Made by a program: the position numbers and the translations under genes
Shown here: positions 19,850-30,418 of the stretch, in pieces
Layout: each line of letters starts with the position of its first letter
Position numbering within the stretch: position 1 is the stretch's first letter
Notes under the pieces: model-generated
Databases searched by the model: none
What the model was told of the DNA's origin: nothing
Seen by the model: the letters and a program-made list of their open reading frames with translations, nothing else
From: Promethearchaeota archaeon
GTDB taxonomy: Archaea > Asgardarchaeota > Lokiarchaeia > Sigyniarchaeales > SOKP01
Direction of reading: 5' to 3'
NCBI GenBank assembly: GCA_048940445.1
Contig: JBHLON010000002.1
Coordinates: 118,149 to 182,148 of the forward strand
Length of the DNA stretch: 64,000 bases

Positions 19850-21064
19850 TTAACTAAATAAATCTGATTTATCTATTCCTTTGGCAGTTTTTTTCATAAT
19901 TTTAGAGGTAGCTTTGATAAAATCCTCATTATTAATTATCTCTGAATCTCTTCTGATGGCAAACATTCCAGCTTCAGTACAGATTGATTTTATATCTGCT
20001 CCAGTACCATCTTCAGTTAAATTAATCAATTCTTTGAAATTAACATTCTTATCAATATTCAGAAATCTTGTATGAATTTTGAAAATGTCAGCCCTTGAAG
20101 CGTCATTGGGTATAGGTAATTCTATAATTCTATCGAATCTTCCAGGTCTTAATAAAGCGCGATCTAAAATGTCAATCCGATTTGTTGCCCCAATAAATTT
20201 AACATTCCCTCTAAGATTGAATCCGTCTAGTTCACTTAATAATTGCATTAAAGTTCTTTGAACTTCGCGATCTCCAGAAGTAGCATCTTCCATCCTTTCG
20301 GCGGCGATTGCATCTAATTCATCAATAAATAGAATTGTAGGAGCTTTTTTTCTCGCTAAAGTAAAAATTTCTCTTACATAGCGAGCACCCTCACCAATAA
20401 ACTTTTGTACTAATTCTGAAGCAATAACTCTTATAAATGTCGCTTTAGTCTCATGAGCAACTGCTTTTGCTAGTAAAGTTTTACCCGTACCCGGAGGACC
20501 ATGAAGAAGTACACCTTTTGGAGGATCAATGCCAACCTTCTGGAATAATTCTGGTTTTAACAAGGGTAATTCTACTGTTTCTCTTACTTCTTGTATTTGT
20601 TCATCTAAACCACCTACATCATTGTAGGATACATCTGGTATCGTGTCAGCTAATTCCATCCCTCTAATAAATGGATCTAAATGAGTAGGCAATATTTCCA
20701 TAACAGAATAAGTATTTTGATTTAATGCTACATTTAATCCAGGAGTAAGATTTTCTTCCCTTACTTTTTTACTTGTATTTACAACAAAACTAGAACCAGT
20801 GGAAATATTTATAATTACTCTCTCCTTTCTCTCATCCAATACATCAATAATAGTACCTGTAATCAAAGGAGCCTCTCTTAGATGCCCCATTTCATTTCTT
20901 AAAGTATTTAAGTCATGTTCTAATTTCAAGCATTCTGTTTTTAGAGTTCGTCTTTCACTTTCAAGATCCTTTATTCTTTTCTCCAAATGGTTAATGTAGT
21001 TAGTGAGGTATTCCTCATCTTTCATATCTTTCCTTCTTCTTTGGTCACTACCTGATGATTGCAT
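19850..21064 (-). CDS. pan: Proteasome-activating nucleotidase (AAA+ ATPase)
   Basis: Coiled-coil + OB domain, GPPGTGKT, QKFIGEGAR, FIDELD, GDREVQRT, LRPGRFDR, HbYX-like tail LFS. Confidence 0.96.
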   Translation of the reverse strand: MQSSGSDQRRRKDMKDEEYLTNYINHLEKRIKDLESERRTLKTECLKLEHDLNTLRNEMGHLREAPLITGTIIDVLDERKERVIINISTGSSFVVNTSKKVREENLTPGLNVALNQNTYSVMEILPTHLDPFIRGMELADTIPDVSYNDVGGLDEQIQEVRETVELPLLKPELFQKVGIDPPKGVLLHGPPGTGKTLLAKAVAHETKATFIRVIASELVQKFIGEGARYVREIFTLARKKAPTILFIDELDAIAAERMEDATSGDREVQRTLMQLLSELDGFNLRGNVKFIGATNRIDILDRALLRPGRFDRIIELPIPNDASRADIFKIHTRFLNIDKNVNFKELINLTEDGTGADIKSICTEAGMFAIRRDSEIINNEDFIKATSKIMKKTAKGIDKSDLFS

Positions 21065-21346
21065 GAAAAAATAAGATAAATTTATGTTATTATCTGCTTC
21101 TTATAGAATTATTGTAACTATTTATTCTTTTTTTATTGCTTTTAAAATATCTAAATAAACTTTACTGATAAAAAGAAAGTTTTTTTCTTAGATATGAAAA
21201 TTATTATTAATTAAAATTTGCATAATTATATATAATAAATTCCAATCTAGGATTGAGTTTTAAAGAAAAGATCGAATTATTAGTAAAAGTCGTTATATGA
21301 ATAAATATGACCTAATGAATAAAATAAATTTATAAAATTGATTTAA

Positions 21347-21979
21347 ATGGTTAATTATAAATCTGTAGTTAATCGCTTACAAAAACACTATAAGGATGCT
21401 GAATCAGTAGCTATTATCAATAATAAAGGTAAATTGATGTATTCAACTAAAAAATGGAATATTAAGGGTGATATTAATAATTTATTGGGAGCTTGGGCTA
21501 GTAGCTCTGCACAATCAGTTACTGTAAATTCCATCCGTTATTCTATAGTTCAAATGGAACCAGAACGTTTCATTGCCACAAATCGGCATAAAAGAGGGCA
21601 TTTGATTGGGGCCTCCTCCCCAGATGGAGAATTTTATATGATTGCTCATATAACTCCTAAAGCTAAGGGCTGGTTTCACTTAGCCTATCCTGCTGTAGCT
21701 AGAGCAGCTGCAATGTTAAAAAAAGGTTTAACATCAGAATTTATTGATACAGAAATTGATTTATCTAAAGATGAAGAATCCAAAATTTCTGGCAATGTTT
21801 CAACCAACTATATTGTTAATCCTACTTTAAAAGCAGAGATAGAAAGCTTTTTGCAATGGATTAAAGACCCCAATGGGTTAAAAGGCTATATTTCGTATTA
21901 TCTGCAATTAAATGAGCCCTATTATATTTCTAAGCTCGCTGAGATTTACACAGAATTATATCGTATTTTTTATTCATAG
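21347..21979 (+). CDS. Asgard-type profilin with ~85-aa C-terminal extension
   Basis: AIINNKGKLMYSTKKWNI...SIRYSIVQMEPERFIATN...GHLIG matches the remembered Loki-profilin pattern (AII..DG....T.NW.I...IKY.IV....ER..GTN...GH). Confidence 0.72.
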   Translation: MVNYKSVVNRLQKHYKDAESVAIINNKGKLMYSTKKWNIKGDINNLLGAWASSSAQSVTVNSIRYSIVQMEPERFIATNRHKRGHLIGASSPDGEFYMIAHITPKAKGWFHLAYPAVARAAAMLKKGLTSEFIDTEIDLSKDEESKISGNVSTNYIVNPTLKAEIESFLQWIKDPNGLKGYISYYLQLNEPYYISKLAEIYTELYRIFYS

Positions 21980-22066
21980 AATTTTTTCTTATTCAAAAAT
22001 ATTAGGGAATTTTTTATAGAAATAAACAAGAATTATTTAAAGTGCTACTTTCAATTCTTGTATAAA

Positions 22067-22975
22067 TTAATCTGTATGTGCAGAAATAATTAAATCTGCA
22101 AATAATTTCATATCATTTAATAGAGTATTTAACTTATCTTGGGAATCTCTATCTAAATCTTTTGTCTTCATGATTAAAACTGAGATAATATATTTGAAAA
22201 TATGAAGCTCCACTTCTTTCCCTTCATCATTTCTACCTCTAAATATAGCGGAATCTGACATAAAAATATTTTCTCTTACAGTATTACAAGCATTTATGAA
22301 GTCTCTTAAGTCTCCTCTTAATGTTAGGCCACTACTTACCCCTTGAACATTATGTACTATAACGTTACCAGAAACATCAGAAATAATTACTTTTGCTTTA
22401 ATCTCTTCTAATTGTTCTTCTGCCTTTTCAACATGTGATTTTAGTTCAGTATAGCTTGAAATTAATATGTCTCTAAAGGTTTTGGCTAATTCGTCTTGAA
22501 GGTAAATACTAGTAAGCTTATAATCAAAATCGTATTCCTTAAACATATCTAGAAAAATCTCTTTTGCTTTCTTGACATTTGTATCGAGTAGCTCTTTTTG
22601 ATAATTTTCTGTATCATACTTGTGAAGGAAAAGAAATATTTTTGGTTTTTCATTACTTTTGCGATATATATCCAATAATCCATTGAAATAGTCCTTTGCT
22701 TGCATAAAATCTTTAGGTGAATGCAAATCAACAACAGGAATGAGAATATCTGTACCCCTTATCACATCTGGTTTATCCATATATTCCCTTCGATACTGTT
22801 CTTGTCCACCAAAATCAAAAATCCCAACCTGTAAACCTAAGAATGGATGTCTTCTAGTTTCATATAATATGGTGGGACTCAAACTCTTTGTCTCTTCTGC
22901 ACTCTTTTCAGCAAAAGCAACTGAATAAAGGCTTGTTTTACCACATCCACTCAATCCAACTAAACTTATTTTCAA
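22067..22975 (-). CDS. Rag/Gtr-like GTPase with C-terminal roadblock domain
   Basis: GLSGCGKTS, SPT, DFGGQ, HKYD (Rag-type G4); C-terminal VIISDVSGNVI roadblock-like; TTG start. Confidence 0.85.
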   Translation of the reverse strand: MKISLVGLSGCGKTSLYSVAFAEKSAEETKSLSPTILYETRRHPFLGLQVGIFDFGGQEQYRREYMDKPDVIRGTDILIPVVDLHSPKDFMQAKDYFNGLLDIYRKSNEKPKIFLFLHKYDTENYQKELLDTNVKKAKEIFLDMFKEYDFDYKLTSIYLQDELAKTFRDILISSYTELKSHVEKAEEQLEEIKAKVIISDVSGNVIVHNVQGVSSGLTLRGDLRDFINACNTVRENIFMSDSAIFRGRNDEGKEVELHIFKYIISVLIMKTKDLDRDSQDKLNTLLNDMKLFADLIISAHTD

Positions 22976-23063
22976 GGAAACACACTTTTTTATAAGTTCT
23001 TTACTGTTTTCTTTTTTTATATAATTAATTATTTCATTTAATCTTTTATTAAATTAGATAGTT

Positions 23064-24563
23064 TTATTTTTCTTCTTTTGGTGTTAATTTGAAGGTTCTT
23101 GAAAAGATTTTACCAAATTCATCTGTAAAAGCTTCAACTAAAATATTCCCATATACAACTTTTCCATCTTTCTCTTCAAGAGGATATCCAATTTCTATAG
23201 TTTCGAAGGGGAATAATTCTTTAATTGTAGTAACCCATGGTCGTTTCTCAAATAATTCCTCTAAAGTTACAATTCTAATTTTTGCATCCTCCAAGACATA
23301 ACCAATAGTATTTGTAATAGAAATGTTTAAAATTTTATTTTCCTCATCAATATCTTTAGAAACGCTCATAAACTTTTTACTTCCGAGGGTGGGGGTTACG
23401 TCCATTTGGTCAGTTTCTGGTTTAGTTTCAATTCTAGGCTCTTCTTCTACCATATCTTTTACTATGAAAACTTTCCGTTTTTGAACTGTATACTGGGATA
23501 CTTTCTTTAATTTTGCTAAAAATAAGACTGAATTTAAATTGATTGCGTTGAATGAATCTATTTTAATATATCCTTTTTTGGCAGCGTCCTCGACTATTTC
23601 CGCCCCTAAACCAGACCTTGCAAATACAGTATTCTTATTGGGACCACTACCAACAGAACCTACGGATATATCTGCTTTCTCAGAAGTCAAATCTACACAA
23701 AAATTGCAACTCGAAGATTTAAATTTATCTAACTCCTTTATCGTATAAGATTTTACCGGTTCACTCTCAGGATCGTAATATAAGTGGAATTTGCCTTTGC
23801 TAATATCCATTTTCTTCACTTTTGAGAGATCTATTCCGTCTTTTTCAAAAAAAGGATAAAGAGCTTCTGGAGAAAAAGAATCCATACAAAATATTCCAAT
23901 AGTAAAAATATGGGCTCTCATAAAATATTTTAACATTCCTGCAGGAGAATTCATCATTTTGTATACCGCATCAATATTACAAGGAGTGCCTACAAACGCT
24001 ATTGAATTGAACCCTTGCCGGATAGCTTCCATTAATGCCTCAACCGTTTGAGAGTGACAATAAATGGAACCACTTGCTTTTATTGCATCATCTTTATTTG
24101 TAACTATTTGAGCTACGGGATGCCATGGTTTCTTTGGATCTTTCATAGTGACAATTGCAGCATCAATTAAGTGCTCATCAAATAAGTAGGCGAGAAGTGA
24201 AGTGACAGTGCCACCATCTTGGGCACCTATAACTTCAGGTATATTGGTATTTGCCACATAACCATTTTTAAATTCGCCCATTAATTGAATAGGATCCGTA
24301 ATCGTACGTGGACATTGATTATAACAGATTCCACACCCTGTACATTTACCGATTAATTTTGGCTGACTTGTTGTATAATCCCATTCAAGAACAGGGCATA
24401 CAGCAGCACAAGTGCCACATTCTGTACAGATTCCTGCACGGATTATTTCTTTCATCAGCATTCCATAGGAATCTTTTTTGCCTTCAAGCTTTTTTTGAAT
24501 ATAATCAAATGAATATTCATATTGGGACGATTTTTGGTTTTCTCCAGTTTTATTCTCAGTCAT
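23064..24563 (-). CDS. Coenzyme F420 hydrogenase/dehydrogenase beta subunit (FrhB/FdhB family) with extra C-terminal beta domain
   Basis: 2 CxxCxxC ferredoxin motifs, QDGGTVT, VGTPC, IGIFCM, CNFCVD, ADISVGSVG. Confidence 0.9.
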   Translation of the reverse strand: MTENKTGENQKSSQYEYSFDYIQKKLEGKKDSYGMLMKEIIRAGICTECGTCAAVCPVLEWDYTTSQPKLIGKCTGCGICYNQCPRTITDPIQLMGEFKNGYVANTNIPEVIGAQDGGTVTSLLAYLFDEHLIDAAIVTMKDPKKPWHPVAQIVTNKDDAIKASGSIYCHSQTVEALMEAIRQGFNSIAFVGTPCNIDAVYKMMNSPAGMLKYFMRAHIFTIGIFCMDSFSPEALYPFFEKDGIDLSKVKKMDISKGKFHLYYDPESEPVKSYTIKELDKFKSSSCNFCVDLTSEKADISVGSVGSGPNKNTVFARSGLGAEIVEDAAKKGYIKIDSFNAINLNSVLFLAKLKKVSQYTVQKRKVFIVKDMVEEEPRIETKPETDQMDVTPTLGSKKFMSVSKDIDEENKILNISITNTIGYVLEDAKIRIVTLEELFEKRPWVTTIKELFPFETIEIGYPLEEKDGKVVYGNILVEAFTDEFGKIFSRTFKLTPKEEK

Positions 24564-24733
24564 AGTAATTTGAGATATTATAATTTAAGGTCTATGTAAA
24601 AAAAAATGGATGAATGAAAATAAAATTTATTAATTAATTTAATAGATTTAGAAGAGATTAGTCCTAATTTTAATAAAAAGAATTAACTGTAAACCATTTT
24701 AAGTTTAAATTGGAGATAAAATCAAAAAAGATG

Positions 24734-26332
24734 CTAGGATTTTTCTAATTCCAGCTTTTCTTCAATTCTTTTTATTGCATTCGAAGCATAGATTCTCACA
24801 ACGCGGTGGAAATCATTTATTCTTCTCATTAACGCATCTAAAGCCTTTTCACCTCCAAAAGTCTCTAGAAATTTGATAAGACTTAATTTCACCTTAAAAT
24901 CCTCATTCTCATTAACTTTCAAATATTCAATTAAAGTTGCGAGATTTTTGTTTAATATACGTTTTAAATCCGTAGGTTCATCTTTTAATTTATACCAATT
25001 CCTATGAAAGATGTTAAAAATTGCATCTACGGCTACCTTTTTGATTAGCCAATAAACTTCTTTATTATCTAATAAGTTTATTAATTCTTCAAGCGGTTTG
25101 AGATTTCCAATCTTTCCAAGAGCAATTATTGAATTTTTCTTTATTTCCAAATTTCTTTCATGCAATAAATTAAGTAGAGGGTTCACAAAATCCTCCTTGC
25201 CTAATTCACCAAATAGAAATGCAACACTTTCTTTAATTGTATCATTATCTTTTTCCAAATATGAATAAAGATGGTCATACGTCGCATTTTTATTATTTAA
25301 ATAAATATTTTTAACAGCATCTAAAATAAAAAGTCTCATATCTAAATCAGTATATTCAAAGCTTACATCTTCAATGTCTAAAACACCTAAGAGATCAGGA
25401 ACTGCTGATTCATCTCCGATTTCCCCCAATGCCTTAATTGAGGCTATACTGACTTCATTATAGATATTATCTAGATTTGTGATTAGTAAATCTACAGCAT
25501 CTATTAATTTTAACTTCCCACTTAGTTTAATGGCATTTTGCTTAACTATAAAATCATCTATAAGGATAAGTTTAATAATGTCATCCTTTATCTCGGGCTT
25601 AATTAACTTCGAAATAGTTAGTATTGCATCCATTAATTCAGAATCTTCTTCTTTTAAAATCCGTGTTATTTCATCCAATAATACATGCTTATTCGTAATC
25701 AAATCTGAAATCAAATCTGGATATTTCTGTTTTAAATAACTAACTTCTTCAAGTGAAAAACCTACAGTAGATAATTCAGCACCAATTAGCTTTATTATTT
25801 CAGTATTATGCTCATCTGAGAATTTCCTTTCTTTCAACGACTTTAATAAGATTTTAATCAATTTTTCAGGATTAAGAGTAATTAGTTGGGTTTTTATAAA
25901 ATCCTTAAGAGAATTGAAAGAAGTATCTAACTCTTTGATAAATAATAGAATTTCCTCTTCATCAAATTTAATTTTTGTAATTGCTTTTAATACTGAGATT
26001 TTTAGCTCAAGATTATCTGATTTCTCTTCCAAAATCCACTTCAAAGGTTTCAACGCCTTATCGTATTTTAATTTACCTAAAGCTTTAGCAGCTTCGCATT
26101 TAGTCTCAATTCCTTCTTCAGAAATCAGTATATTTTCTAAAGTAGTAAAACATTCTTTCTTTAAAGTAGGAGCTTCCTTACCCAATAAACCTAAATACTT
26201 TATTGCACTCCTTCTTTTGCTTCCATCTTTTTCAGTATCAATGATCTCTCTTAAAATCTTAATAGAATTATCAATTCCGAGCTCTTCTCTTCTCTGAAAT
26301 ATCTCTTCAGGAGGTGGTTTTTGGTCTAGCAT
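24734..26332 (-). CDS. HEAT-repeat (PBS-lyase-type) protein
   Basis: Repeated AAKALGKL / ALGEIGD / ALGKIG units. Confidence 0.88.
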   Translation of the reverse strand: MLDQKPPPEEIFQRREELGIDNSIKILREIIDTEKDGSKRRSAIKYLGLLGKEAPTLKKECFTTLENILISEEGIETKCEAAKALGKLKYDKALKPLKWILEEKSDNLELKISVLKAITKIKFDEEEILLFIKELDTSFNSLKDFIKTQLITLNPEKLIKILLKSLKERKFSDEHNTEIIKLIGAELSTVGFSLEEVSYLKQKYPDLISDLITNKHVLLDEITRILKEEDSELMDAILTISKLIKPEIKDDIIKLILIDDFIVKQNAIKLSGKLKLIDAVDLLITNLDNIYNEVSIASIKALGEIGDESAVPDLLGVLDIEDVSFEYTDLDMRLFILDAVKNIYLNNKNATYDHLYSYLEKDNDTIKESVAFLFGELGKEDFVNPLLNLLHERNLEIKKNSIIALGKIGNLKPLEELINLLDNKEVYWLIKKVAVDAIFNIFHRNWYKLKDEPTDLKRILNKNLATLIEYLKVNENEDFKVKLSLIKFLETFGGEKALDALMRRINDFHRVVRIYASNAIKRIEEKLELEKS

Positions 26333-26553
26333 TATAGGCTGCTTTTTTATTAAAAAAGCCTATTTTTTTTTTAATTATTATGATTTTAGGTCATTCCTTT
26401 ATAAAAATATTTTCAAATTAATTAAAAAGTCTCAATAAATTGAATAGAAAAAAATAACTATTAAAGCCCAAATTCAAAACTTTTTATTAATTAACTTTTT
26501 ATTTGTTTGATCTTTAAAATATTAAAAATTTTAATCTAAATTGGGGACTCACA

Positions 26554-27297
26554 ATGCAAGTTTGGTTAACATTGAGAAAATCAATAAACAAAATCAGAGC
26601 AGTATTATATGATTTTGCAACAAACTTTAAGGTTGTGAAAGTAACTGCTATGATCGTAATGATTGGATATATTTCTTTACTTATAATAGGAGTTATTGTC
26701 GCAGCATTTTTGGATCCAGATGGATATACTATCTGGAACAACTGGATTTCTGATCTCGGATCACATAATGATACACCTGCTCCATATTTGTATGATATAG
26801 CGTGTATTCTTGCGGGTTCTATGACTATTCCGCTCACATATTATATGGAGAAGTCGCTTGCACCATTACCAAAGAGAAGACAATTAAGAGAACAACATTA
26901 TTCTCGATTACGATTTCGATTGGGGAGTTTTGCTTTCCTAGCTAGTATTATAGGGAATTTTGCCTATATTGGTGTAGGTATCTTTAGTGCAGATCGTGAT
27001 TACGACTTTTTAAAAGTGATGGGAATGGGACCGCATGGAATTATGTCATTACTAGCATTTGGTGGATTTACCTTTGGAGCATTTTTCATGGGATGGTTAA
27101 TAATTTTCTACAATTCAAAAATCCCTAAAGTATTAGGGATCTATGGAATATTTGGACCATTGACGGTAACTATTTTAAATCTAATTTATGGTACTCCATT
27201 CTTAGAATGGATGCTACTTTTTTCAATATTGGCTTGGATCATCCCTCTTGCGCTAATTATATTAATGAAACCAGATTTAATTCCAAGAAAATATTAA
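26554..27297 (+). CDS. DUF998-like membrane protein
   Basis: GY..WNNWISDLG, GVGIF, H, LEW motifs, several TM helices. Confidence 0.75.
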   Translation: MQVWLTLRKSINKIRAVLYDFATNFKVVKVTAMIVMIGYISLLIIGVIVAAFLDPDGYTIWNNWISDLGSHNDTPAPYLYDIACILAGSMTIPLTYYMEKSLAPLPKRRQLREQHYSRLRFRLGSFAFLASIIGNFAYIGVGIFSADRDYDFLKVMGMGPHGIMSLLAFGGFTFGAFFMGWLIIFYNSKIPKVLGIYGIFGPLTVTILNLIYGTPFLEWMLLFSILAWIIPLALIILMKPDLIPRKY

Positions 27298-27308
27298 AAA
27301 TTTTTTTT

Positions 27309-27989
27309 TTAATTATATTTTCCAAAAAAGAAACCCATTGCAAGATTTCGTGCATTCTTCAGATGTTTATTCACCGTAGCTTCCTTTATTTTAAAATGTG
27401 AAGCGATTTCCATGGATGAAATTTTTTTAGGATTTCTAAAATATCCTTCTTTTGCTGCATAACTAGCGATTTCTTTCTGTCTTTTTGTAAAATGTGGGAA
27501 TGGAATAATAGATCTCCAGATTGATTCGTCGAACTCGTCGATTTTATCCAAATCGCTCATTCCAACAATTTTAAAATCATCAGTATAAGAAGATAAAGTG
27601 TTGAATAAATTTTTAACATAATCTTCATGGGAAATTACAGTAAGCAAAACTAACTCGCTTGATACATGAATAGGAAAGAGAAATGCCCATGGACCGGAAT
27701 CTATTATTGGAAAAAAGCCAGAAGTCCTGCTCTGATCTAAAATGCAAATCAACTCTGTTCCAGATTGACTTAAAATCTGAAATATCTTAGGTTTAAAGTA
27801 CTCTCTTATGAATGTTTTAAAATCAATATTTACATTACGTTTGAAGCGAATCTTTTGCAAAGCAAAAAAGTGAGTTTGATCATACTGGAATGCGTTTAAA
27901 ATTTCTACAAATTCAACTTTATCAAATAAATCTCCAAACCCTATTTGTTCTACAAATTTACCAGGGATTTGTAGTCTCACTATTTTCAT
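27309..27989 (-). CDS. Bacterio-opsin-activator-type (HTH_10) transcriptional regulator
   Basis: TKRQKEI..YAAKEGYFRNPKKIS..EIA.......ATVNKHL. Confidence 0.88.
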   Translation of the reverse strand: MKIVRLQIPGKFVEQIGFGDLFDKVEFVEILNAFQYDQTHFFALQKIRFKRNVNIDFKTFIREYFKPKIFQILSQSGTELICILDQSRTSGFFPIIDSGPWAFLFPIHVSSELVLLTVISHEDYVKNLFNTLSSYTDDFKIVGMSDLDKIDEFDESIWRSIIPFPHFTKRQKEIASYAAKEGYFRNPKKISSMEIASHFKIKEATVNKHLKNARNLAMGFFFGKYN

Positions 27990-28161
27990 TTTTAATTAAA
28001 AAACTTCTAATATATTCCCCTTATTTCATAAAATTAGATCATAGTTTTTATAGGTTGCGATTGCTACCATTTAACTCTTTAGATATTAATAATTATAATA
28101 GAATAGGGGTTTTGTTTTGATATTGTCCTTTAATTTATCATATTAAAAGGAGGCAAACATT

Positions 28162-29304
28162 TTGAAAATTTTAATAACAGGAGCATTTGGTAATGTGGGA
28201 TTAAGTACTTTAAGAGAATTAATTAAGAAAGATCATAACGTTAGAGTAATTGAAATAAAAAATAAAAAGAATAAGAAATTAGCAAAAGAATTTAAAAGTA
28301 AAGTTGAAATCATATGGGGAGACCTTAGAGACTATAATGATGTTGAAAAAGCTATAGCAGGACAAGATCTGGTAATCCATCTAGCAGCTATCATCCCTCC
28401 ATTAGCAGATCATAATCTTGAATTAGCAAGAGCCGTAAATGTTGGAGCAACTAAAAACATTTTAAATGCCATTAAAAAGCAAGACAAACAAATAAAACTA
28501 ATTTTTACCTCTTCAATCGCAGTATATGGTGATAGGAGAATGAATCCAATGATTAATGTTAAGGACCATCTAAATCCAAGTCTTGGAGACTTTTATGCTC
28601 TCACTAAGATACTAGCTGAAAAGGCTATTAGAGAATCTGGTATAACCTTTGCAATTTTTAGATTAACATATATCACCTCAATTAATAAACTTGACATGGA
28701 TCCTTTAATGTTTCATATGCCTTTGGATACAAGTATAGAAATTTGTGACACTAAAGATGTTGGTTTGGCATTATCAAATGCGGTTGATTGTAATCAAATA
28801 TGGGGTGAAACATTTCATATAGCCGGAGGGATGAGATGTAGAACTACTTATAGAGAATATCTTAATATGATGATGCAAATCTTTGGATTAGGAGAAAATT
28901 TTTTACCTGAACAAGCTTTTGCTAAGAAAGATTTCCACTGTGGTTATATGGATACAGAAAAGTCTCAAAGTCTTTTAAAATATCAAAATCATACACTGGA
29001 AGATTATTTTAATGAAGTGGTAGAAAAGTTTGGTGTTAAAAAACATTTACTAAAAATTTTTAAAAAAACAGTTAAATTTCACTTACTAAAAAGTTCAGAA
29101 CCATATCGCAGATTTAAATTCTTTAAGAGTAGATCAGGAGCTTTTACTGTATCCGAAAATAAGTTTATAAGAAAATTGCTCTCTACTAACTATGAGAAGA
29201 TTGATCTCCTTGAAACTAGAATTATTCAGTTAGAAAAATTAATTCATGAGACAATTCAAAATGATAAAAAAGCAAAATTATTTGCACAAATTGAAAATAT
29301 ATAA
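28162..29304 (+). CDS. Extended SDR, NAD-dependent epimerase/dehydratase
   Basis: ITGAFGNVG, HLAA, SSIAVYG, YALTK; divergent from the HTH_10 regulator. Confidence 0.9.
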   Translation: MKILITGAFGNVGLSTLRELIKKDHNVRVIEIKNKKNKKLAKEFKSKVEIIWGDLRDYNDVEKAIAGQDLVIHLAAIIPPLADHNLELARAVNVGATKNILNAIKKQDKQIKLIFTSSIAVYGDRRMNPMINVKDHLNPSLGDFYALTKILAEKAIRESGITFAIFRLTYITSINKLDMDPLMFHMPLDTSIEICDTKDVGLALSNAVDCNQIWGETFHIAGGMRCRTTYREYLNMMMQIFGLGENFLPEQAFAKKDFHCGYMDTEKSQSLLKYQNHTLEDYFNEVVEKFGVKKHLLKIFKKTVKFHLLKSSEPYRRFKFFKSRSGAFTVSENKFIRKLLSTNYEKIDLLETRIIQLEKLIHETIQNDKKAKLFAQIENI

Positions 29305-29351
29305 AGAATGTGTATACGATTATATAGCTAAATAGAATTAAATAAAGAGCT

Positions 29352-30029
29352 TTATATGAGTATATAAGCAGGATTATATGATGTAACTATTCTATAGAAA
29401 AAGTTTGTAATAAATACAGCTAATCCTAAAATCCCCACAACCATAATGTTTTTATCCTTGTATTTAATTCCATGAATTATCAATAGGACAAAACCATTTA
29501 ATCGAATGATAACCAAAGTAACAATTATAGGTAAATAAATTAAACTCAAAAAGGGGCTATAACCATAAAGAATGCTAATAATACTTAACGTATTTCCATT
29601 TAAAAAGATTATCCCAATTCCATAAGAAGTCATCCAAAGAATCCCTGCAATCATAAGAAGAGCATTGTACTCTTTCTTATTTCGCTTACCATAAATATAA
29701 AAAAAGACCCCATAGGCTATAAAAAATGGTAGAGTCAAGAGAAGACCTATAAAAATCATATAACTAATTATTATAAATTTCTCAAATCCCACCTCAAAAG
29801 AGCCCGAGATTGCCGGAAAAACCAAGGGTAATAAACTAAAAGTAAGAATTAAAATAGCTGAAACCCTTAATAAACTTGATGATTGTATCGCTTCTTTCCT
29901 ATACTTATGAGCTCTAAATAGAAAAATTGAAATAACAATAGCAAAATTAGCAGAGATTATCAATGGTATGGCAATATAAAGAAAAGAAAATAAATTGAGA
30001 TACTGAAGATAATTAAATGTAATCGTCAA
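29352..30029 (-). CDS. Hypothetical multi-TM membrane protein
   Basis: ~6 hydrophobic segments; TTG start. Confidence 0.7.
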   Translation of the reverse strand: MTITFNYLQYLNLFSFLYIAIPLIISANFAIVISIFLFRAHKYRKEAIQSSSLLRVSAILILTFSLLPLVFPAISGSFEVGFEKFIIISYMIFIGLLLTLPFFIAYGVFFYIYGKRNKKEYNALLMIAGILWMTSYGIGIIFLNGNTLSIISILYGYSPFLSLIYLPIIVTLVIIRLNGFVLLIIHGIKYKDKNIMVVGILGLAVFITNFFYRIVTSYNPAYILI

Positions 30030-30418
30030 TTAAAAGACCTTTTAAATTTTAAATATTTGTCTGGATTTAAACAATTTAAATATAAGAAAAATTGTATTAA
30101 AAGCTTTTTTATATATTAGTTAAATCCAATTATTTTTTAGTCTTATACTATTTAATTTCTCAATCAAATAACAAATGGTTTTCGAAATAGGATAAAACTA
30201 TCTATTTCATCAACTTAATTTCCAGATTTAATTTATAACGTTAAATAACAAATTATTTAAATAAATACAACATAAACATTAACATAATTATATAAAAAAT
30301 GAGCTTCTCGATATTTAATGTATTTTAAATATCGGATGTTTACCATTTTCAATATATAAAAAAGCTGAGTAAAGATATAGACATAATTGTTAATCAAGAG
30401 GTGGATGTGTAAGAAAAG

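Noticed and set aside
26334-26372. Hairpin GCTTTTTT-ATT-AAAAAAGC plus T-tract as a terminator
   Set aside because: It lies between divergent genes with no + strand gene ending there, and its low complexity makes chance likely.
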